Below, piece by piece: positions 20,230 through 29,200 of a DNA stretch of 64,000 bases; position 1 is the stretch's first letter; every line of letters starts with the position of its first letter. Location of the stretch: NCBI GenBank assembly GCA_023248155.1, contig JAHFFE010000007.1, positions 4,401 to 68,400 of the forward strand, written 5' to 3'. The position numbers and the translations under genes are program-made. This DNA comes from Candidatus Omnitrophota bacterium (lineage in GTDB: Bacteria > Omnitrophota > Gorgyraeia > 1-14-0-20-64-10). The notes beneath the pieces are model-generated. The model was not told where the DNA came from, made no database searches, and saw only the letters and a list, made by a program, of their open reading frames with translations.

Positions 20230-23200
20230 ATGAATTTAAATCCAAAAAAAATCATCAGCGGCCTTATTGTAGGCACTTTCTTTTTCTCCCAGGTTACGCC
20301 CAGCTACGCGCTGCGCGTTCAGCAGCCAGTCGGCGGCGAAGCCGCTTCGGGGCTGGAAGAGAGACTGATCAGCCGTCCATCGCAAGGTTTTGCGACGCGC
20401 GTTGGCGCTGTGCGCGGTGCGGTTCAGACGGCCCGCCGCTCGGTAGGTGCCAAGCAGGCCTCTGTTGCCTGGAACCTTAAAGACGGGCAATTGAGCCCGA
20501 TTGCGTGGGCGTCGGGTCCGGCACTCCCGAATGCGACTACCGTGGTTCCCGCCGTTTTGTCGCGCGCCGAGCAGGGACTTAAATGGTTGTATGGAAAACG
20601 GTCTTCGGTTGCTGTTGTTGAAAACTCTCTAAGGAACGATTTATTAGGCGATTCGGTCTCCGTTGAGTTGCGTGCCAATCATGGCATGACGCTCGATTTT
20701 GATCGCGGAGACAATGCAGTTCGCTTGGATACGACAATTGCCGAAGAATTGTTCGATTCTACCGATATCGATCAGAACGGTCTTTCGGTTTTATACGGAA
20801 TCGGCTTTTTTTATCAACTGCAGTTGGTGGCTGGTCGTTCTCCTCGGGAAGCGGCGCATCTGACGCTGGCACTCTATCAAAATATTTCCGATACTGAACG
20901 GGCTGCGTTGCTTTCTGTTTTAAGATCTCCGCAAATCGATCATGGCAACCAATGGGCTCGCTTCTTTGAGGAAGGATCTAAGCCGGCGGACTATCGCGGG
21001 ATTGATTCGTTGGAACTTGAAACGCGGCTGGAAACCGAAACCAACACGGACACTCGAACAGCGCTTGAAGCAGTTGTCAATCATCGCGACAAATTGGTTT
21101 CTTGGTTGCTGGGCCAACAGTTGATCGACCTTCCGTACGATCGGACAAAAATGCTCGAAGCGATGACGGCCTTTGAAACCAATGTGGATGCCGGTCGTTC
21201 TTTGGCATTTGAGGCGGTCAAAGGTTTCGACCGTAAAGTTGAACAGGCGAATGCCGATCGAGTCGGCACCATGATTCGCGAAGAGTGGCTTCCGGATAAT
21301 ATGCCATACCCGACACTGCTGGCTGGTCGTTACAGCCGCGCGTTTGGCAACCAGGGCGGGTTGGCAGCCAATGCCGTCTATGTGGAAGCTAATCCGGGAA
21401 TCCGTGATTTAGCCCAGTTGTTGGAAACAGAGGCAAAAGCAGAACAGTTGCTGGCTGAATTAAAAGCATTGGAGAGCAGCGTTCCTGCGCGTGCCTTGCC
21501 GAAATTTAGAAAAGCAGAACAAAGAATCGAAGCATTACTGGTTCAGTTGGGGCCCGGTATTGCGCGCATCCGTTTGCTTGTTTCAGGTCAGGCGGCTGCG
21601 TTGACGCAATATAAAGGAGCACTGCAGCAGATTCGTGAAAATATCACGATCTTTTACCGCGAAGCAGCAAGAGTCATTGAGTCGGCCCGTGACACGGCCA
21701 ATGCGGCCGGCGGCAAAGGAATCCTGCGACGGTTAACACAGAATGTTTCAAAACCATTTCAAGCCGCACAAGAAAAAGTGTCCGAATTTGCGGCCCAGAG
21801 CGGTCGTTTGGCAACAATTACCAATGATTTGGAAACCGCAGCGCTTCAGGCACCGTCACAGCCGGCTGCTTTTAGTGTTTTGTTGCAGCGGCCATCACCG
21901 ACCGGCTCCATCAACTTCAATGCCAACGAATTAGTCGAAAAACCAGAACAGGAACCGGCACTGCGCGAATTGGCCCGATTGGGAGGCCAGAATAGCTATA
22001 CCAGCCCCAGCTATGACTGGGTTTCTGAAGCGACCGATATCATTGAAGCCGCTCCGTTGTTTATTTATGAGCGGACCGTTGTACTGGAAGATGGCAAATC
22101 CGTCACTGTTTTTGAAGTCGACCAGGAAGGTCTCGAGCAGACAGTCCGGCAGATGGCCGATTACTGGGCGCTGAACATTGATAAAACAATCGATTCAGAA
22201 CATCTGGCATTAGCCCGCGAAATTGTTGTTGCCGCCGATCCTGTTCTTTCAGGGCGGGCCGGTCAATTAACAGGGCAGGGCATATCAGTAGAAGCGGCAC
22301 ATCGGCAGGTAATTTATGAAGCGTCTGAGAAGCGTCCTGAACTGCTGCGGCTGGTGGGAACCACGGCTGCCTGGCTGGCCGCGGAATTTGACCGGCGGAT
22401 TACGGAGGTTGAGAAACATACCGAAGCGGAATGGCAGAAAGATCATTTTATCGACCGGATGGAGTCATTGCGCGATGTCGTGGTTACGGGGCGCTCTCCA
22501 TCTGAGTTACTGTCATTGGCTCAGGATGCGATTGGGAGTCATACGGCCGAGGTAGACCGTTTGACACCATTGGCATTACGCCGTCGTAGACCGATGCCGG
22601 CATTTCATTTGTTAACGACGCAAGCGCCTGGCCTCGTGCAAGGTTTCTTTCAAGCGGTTCTTGAAGAAGAGATGGCGTTGCGCAATGTGGCCAAAGCCAA
22701 AGGGTTGGATGATGAGGTTCGCGATCGCGTAAAACGGTACCAGCAGAGAATCGCCGAATTGGGCCGCACCGTCATTCAGGAATTTGGTTATCAGCCGATT
22801 CTGGAACAAAAGAAATCAGAACTTCCGGCCAGTATGGCGGATGACGAGAAGGAACGGCAGGCGATTCAACGGACGATTGCCGATCATATGCCGTTGCAGC
22901 AGGAACTGGCAAAATTGGCAGTGCTGGTTGAGTTTGCGGAAGCCGAAGGAAAACCGATGGATCCGAGCCACCCCGATCCTTCGCAGGTGGAAGAAATTAT
23001 TTCCGGACAAACCGTCGAGTTGACTGCCGAGGCGGTTCGGGCCGTTTGGCAGCGCAACCAGCTGGATCCTGAGCTGGCTAATAAGGTGATAGCGCTTGAT
23101 TCGACGCAGACTGATGAAGCGGCGATTGCTCAGGCGATTCATCAAACACCGATCTATGAAGAAGAACTGCAAAGCAATATCCGCTGGCTGGCGCGTCAGC

Positions 23201-26200
23201 GCGCAATTGACCAATTATCCAGGCAGCACGCCGAGCTTTATCTTGCGGAGCAGGCCAAATCAAATGGTATTAACCCTCCAAATTGGTACAGAAATCATAC
23301 CTCGTTGGCACAAACGACGGCTCGCCGCGAAGCGATTGCCGCGCATAACCTGCAAGGGTTGTTGATGGATCCGCGCTACGCCTATTCCAACGGTGCGTTG
23401 AAAGAAACCAGCGAAGGCCGGCTTCGTCCGACCGGTGCGCGTAAACGGTACCATCTGATTTACGGTCCCAGCCGCGTGAACTTGGGCGCAGGCGAGCGCG
23501 ATTCGGTTGAGGTTTGGCCGCAGTGGGTAGGCGTTACCGATCCGTTGGCGGCCGCACATGCGCTGGCGTTTTATCAGTTGATCAACTTCAATCCTGAAGT
23601 CCGCACGATTATGGAAGCGGAGAACCTGAAAGTTTCTGAGAATCAGTGGACCGCAATGGTGCGCGCGGTGCGCAATGCTGAAGCCTATTTCGTTGGACGG
23701 CTGGGTGTAGGCGATATTGAAGATCTGGCGCATCAATTCAACCGGCGTAATGGTCTGCCCGGCGCCTGGCTGAAAGACGGAGAATCGTACGCGGCCGGAC
23801 CGACCACCGGCTACTGCATTCCAAAAGACCTCTTATTCAAAATGTTCGTTGCGACGGCACTCGATGGCCGCAAGATGACGCAGATCGGTGTTCCGAGACA
23901 TCTGCAAGCCGGTGTCTTTAAAATGATGTCGGAAATTTTAGCGGCTCAAGCTAATTTCGACACGGTCACCGACTGGGAAGCCTGGGCTGCGCAAACAATG
24001 CTTTCCGAAAGTTCTCTTCGAGAACGGTTCGGCGCAGCGGATGGCGGGAAATTAAACCAGCTATTCAGCCAATATGTTTCTGTTACCGGCGGCGTGACGG
24101 CTTTCCATCTGACGAAAATGCTTCAGATTCTTCAGATGGTTGGCGTTCCCAGCCCGACATTAGTCCCAGGCAAAAATCTGCACGACGCGCTTTGGGCGCA
24201 ATGGGCCGACTTGAAGTTGACGCTGGCTGCCGAGCAGGTGAACCGCTCTTTGATTTTCCCGATGACGCGCGAGATTCCCGATGGTGTTGCCGAAGCCCGC
24301 CGCTTGAACCCGGGCGTGAATATTGCTGCTCCGGAACAAGCCTCAATTCATATGTTTGGCACCTACAAAGGCGATGATGTCGAGGCTCCGCCGCCCGATG
24401 TCCGGTTCTCCTGGACGATGCGTGCATTTATGATTTTATCCGGCTATGGAAAAGAAGTAGCGCTTTCCCTGGATGAAGACGGACAACTTTTGGCGCGGTT
24501 AAGCTGGGATGGTTTTCTTCCAGATTCCACGGATGAGGAAGATATTAAAGTGGCTCGGTTTGTGGCGCAGAAATTTGCAGGTAAAGATCAATTCGGGGCT
24601 GAAGATTTCGCGTTAGTTGAAAAATTAAAACAAGATTTTCCGCATCATACGACGGTTGGCAACATCACGATTACGGTGGTTCCGGGCGTTTCGGCCGAAG
24701 ACTTGCTCGGTTTTAACGCCGAGACAAAATTATTGTTGGGCGATCGCGCCGCCGCAGTGCGCGAACTGCTTATCTCGAAGGGTATTAACACCGGCCAGAT
24801 TACCGCGAATGCTGTGTTGCGCCATGAATTTCCGGCAGAATGGATTCCGTTGCTTGATCTTGACGCCAAAGAACAAACTGCTTTGAAAGAGGCGGTTGCC
24901 GGCGGAATTCATCCGTTGGTATTGCAGCAGCGCGGACCGGGTACCGATTTCGAGCAAGATTTGCAGGCGCAGGATGTTGCCGTTTTCTCGGTCACGCATC
25001 CGGGAATTGTAACGATGGATCCGTCTAAATTGCGCGACTTGATGCAATTGGGCCGCCCGAATGGGTTACAGAGTGCGTTGGTGGCGCATGATATGGTGGC
25101 GCAGGGCCGGCACCGCGTCTGGTTTGACCGCGATGTGATGCTTTGGTACGCGGCTGCGCGCGGCATTGATGCTGAAGGTAATCCGATTCAAAATTGGTCT
25201 GACCGTGATCAGCAAGGCCGCAAGGCTGTTTATAAAGCGTTCGGTTATGGTGAAGATACCTACCGGCCGCTTCTGGGTACCGATCTGCGGCAGGAAACAG
25301 CCCGGCAGGAACGCCGCGCCGCCGAATTGTTTGAATTGGTCCGGAGGGTCGCCGATTCTGATTTAACCACGCAAGTCACTGCCATCACAGCTTTGCAACA
25401 GCAACTTGATGAACTACGGACGCAACTGCGTACCGAAGCCGAGCTGGCGATCAAATACGAGCAGGCAATGCTTTCATTCCGCCGCAACAAACCGCGTGAT
25501 CAGATCATCCGCGGCTCGCTGGTGGCGCTGGCGTCCGGAAAACCGGTTGAACAATTTGATTTCGTGGATTGGCTTGCAGTCGGCGGCATTTATCTGCTGA
25601 ACGGCGCGCCGCAAGCCCGGCAGGATGAGGTTCGTTCTGTTTTTGACCGGGCCGGCCAAAAGATGGCTTCCGGCTTGGAAGAAAATCCGAATGTCGCGTT
25701 GTTAATCCGTCCGCGCCTGGAGCCGACTTCATTGAGCCGTGCAGAAAGAAAAGGGGAAATGTTCTCCGTCAAAGCGACTGAAACTTTCGCCGAAAAAGCG
25801 GTTGCCCGCCGCAAGGGTTTGGCGCTGCAAGCCGCGCGCCAGTCAGCGCTGCAGGCACGCGAAGAAGGTTTTCGTTCGATTGAGCCGGTTAATTCCGTGG
25901 ATGGAATTCTGCCTGCACTCAATGAAGCGCGCGCTGCCCTCAATGGAATGACTGAGCAGGTAGCGAATCGATCCGGGAATGCGGCGCAGATTCACCGCCA
26001 GAGCGGGCAGGTGATGGGAACTGCGGTAGCGGTACTGAATCGTTTGAATCAGGAATTAACACCGGGACCAGACAGGGAAGAAGTCGCCAAGAAAATTCAG
26101 GCGCTTTCCAAGGGCCGCGAACTGGATGAGAAAGCATGGAGTTCGTTTGGCGGCACCTATGAAGACGCGGGCGTACTGGCCCGGTTTTTTGAGCAGGCCG

Positions 26201-29200
26201 GCCCGAATCGCCGTGAATTGGTGGCGGCCGCGATGGAACTTTTGTATCTGACGATGCTGATCGATAAAACGGCCGAATTTGCCGCATTGCCATCCGACGA
26301 TGTCGATGCTCGCCAACTTTGGCGCGCGCTGTCCGTTTATTACGCCGAAACGCTTGACGACCATTTTTATGAATATAATCCCTGGGCGTTTGACCCGAAG
26401 CGCGGTTCAGCGTTTGTCGATTATTATGATGATGTTGGCGTCCTTAAACCGGAACATCGTGAAGAGCTGTACGGTCTTTCGTGGGCGCATCATCGCGCCG
26501 CTTATTCCTATATCCGCGCGCTGGTTCGCGCAAAAACCGATTACGGCAAACTTCCAAAAGAGGAGTATAACGCGTTGCTCGGCGATGTAACGCTCGGCGC
26601 GACTCCCGATCAAGATCAATTAGCCGTTCAGGCAATCGGCGCCGGAGCGCCCGGTCCCAATGAGTTGTTTTGGCGCGCCTATGGCCAGTACCGTGAAATT
26701 GCTGTGATGCAGAATGACGGGTTCGGGGTGCCTGTGGTGTTTGACCAGTTTGATCCCAATACTCCGGAAGTGATCGACGCGCAGCACCGGCTGAACTTCG
26801 CGTTTGTTTCGCCGGTAGGGCGGACCCATTATTCGCGCGCGCTGATGTCGGCCGCGCAGATGGGATCGAACATTTTTATTACGCGTAACGCCGTCGTGAC
26901 CGAAGTTGCCGGTTCCAATGGAAAAGTCGCCACGATCTCCGACGCGCAGTTTTGGTTGACCGAAGCGCAGTACCGCGAAGCACTGATTCGTTTCCGCGGC
27001 ATGGCCCCCAGCGATGCCGATGCGCAGATCGCGCAAGACCGTGCAGCCGGGCGGATTACGCCGCTCGGGATTCGCGTAGCGGCCCGCTTTACGCAACCGG
27101 TGGTTATTTCGGCCGGAGTGTATCTGCACCATCATTCGATTGAGCCGGAATGGATTGCCGCCGGTTATCCGGCCACCGACAAATCGCCGGTGGTTTATGA
27201 AATCAGTTACGACAAGGCGCTCTATCCGAAAATTTACAATCCGGCCGCTGATACAGGCGTTAACCTTCCGCCTGAGATCGATTGGATGCAGACCGATACC
27301 GACGATAGACCCGAAACTGATGTAAAGCAAGATATCGCCAAAATGCTAAGGCCGTTTGCCGAAACGCATGGCATTATCGTTGCCAAAGGTTCTTCTGAGT
27401 CGGGCGCGCGCAACTTCCGGCGGTTCGATTTCTTCAATGACAACGGTTTTAACGAACAGGTTCTTTCGGAAGCGGTCGATTTTATTTATGAAGTGTCGAA
27501 GGGTCAGAATGTCACGATCCAGCGCGCTATCATCGTTACGCCGATCGCCTGGATGGACCCCTCGGGCGTGAACGATTTTGTCAGCCGCCAGATCCGCGAT
27601 CATGGCGTGCCGGCGAATATTCACCGCTATCCGAAAGACTGGGTTTACAGCACGCAGAGAATTATTATGTCGGCCGGTATGCCGAAAAATCTGAATGATC
27701 TTGATAATCCTGCCAACTGGGAAGCGTCGCATCCGATCAGCTTAAGTAGTTTGCAGGTGGCGACCAATGTAGGGCGGCAGGGAACGCTGGAACTGCTTTC
27801 TCCCGATTTAATCCGTCCGGAATTTCGCGATCAGTTTATCCAGGGATTGCAGGATGCGGGGCGCCGTTCAATGGCAGCGATGGCCAAATATGCCCGGCAA
27901 TATTGGCATGAAGTTTATTTGCCGGCTTATCGCGCCGCGCATGATGGAGCCGATCCGCCCGAATTCGATGCGACCGGTGTTCCCTATTGGTGGCCGCGGT
28001 ATCTAATGCTCGATTTTCTGGCCGAGCCGGTTTTTTACCGTAATGGAGTGGAAGCGGTCGGCGCCCGTGTGGTTGATGTGATTCCCGGTGACGCCGCGCG
28101 CAATGTTTCGGCCCGTTTCGTTTTGCAGGATGCCGACGGCAACCGGTTCGATGGCGAAATCCGCGGGTTTAAATATTGGCTGCTGGAACCGAATGTCGGC
28201 ATCGGATTGTGGCCGAATCTTTGGAAGCGGGAAGAACTTCACGAAAGAGCGCGCGCCAAAGCGGATGGCAATCGTCCGATGGATTGGAACCAGGTTGGCG
28301 TCAGCGACCGGGTTGTGCTTGGCAATTATTTGGCGGCCGGCGAAGCGTTTATGAAAGCAAAATTCGGTGGTGATCATTATGGTCCGGGCGGCCCGCGCCG
28401 CGATCCTCCGCCGATGGGTCCTACTTCTGCGGACATATCGCCGCCAGCAACGGCAGTCACTTTCGTGCAACCGCTTGTTACGGATGTTACTTCTCTACAG
28501 CGTGTCGAAGAATTGAAGTTGGATCAAGATTTAAGCCACCCGCTTGCTCCGGTGATCGAAATTCAGCAGGAACCGGCGTCCGCTGAGCAGTTGAGGGCGT
28601 TATTACCGCATGCGCAGACATTCGCTGTCGTTACCGGTAAGCGGACGCTGATGAACCACCATGTCTATCCGTTTGAGGTAGGTAAGGGAACTGCGGCGGT
28701 TAATGTGATTGGTGTGAACGACGAATGGTTGACTGCGGATGGAAAAGCCACTCGGCTGATGGTCTACAATCCGGAGACCGGGCGTTATCTGGAGTTTCCT
28801 CTTGAGCAGCCGGTCGCCATTAACTCTGCGTTCATTGTTGAGTTGCCGCAGAGCCGCGAAGTAGAACGTCATCAGGAGTTAACGCAGCTGCTTGCTTCCA
28901 ATGGCGTGCGTGTTGTTAACCAGGCCGGTGAAGCACAGCGGCATATGGATGATAAAGCCTGGTTACGGCATGAGAGGATTCCTGAGGTGTTGGTTCCCAC
29001 CGCGATGGTTGTGGAGAAAAGCTCCTCTACTGGGGAGGCCACACTAGGGATCATCGCACGGGGAAGTCCTGCCGGAATCATCATTCAGCCTCGGTCTGGA
29101 ACGACCGAAGGTGAAGGAGTCGCATGGTTTTCCGCCGCGGATACCGATGGACAGTTGGCGCATTTGCGGAATTTATTGAAGACCGGCGATGCGATGGTCT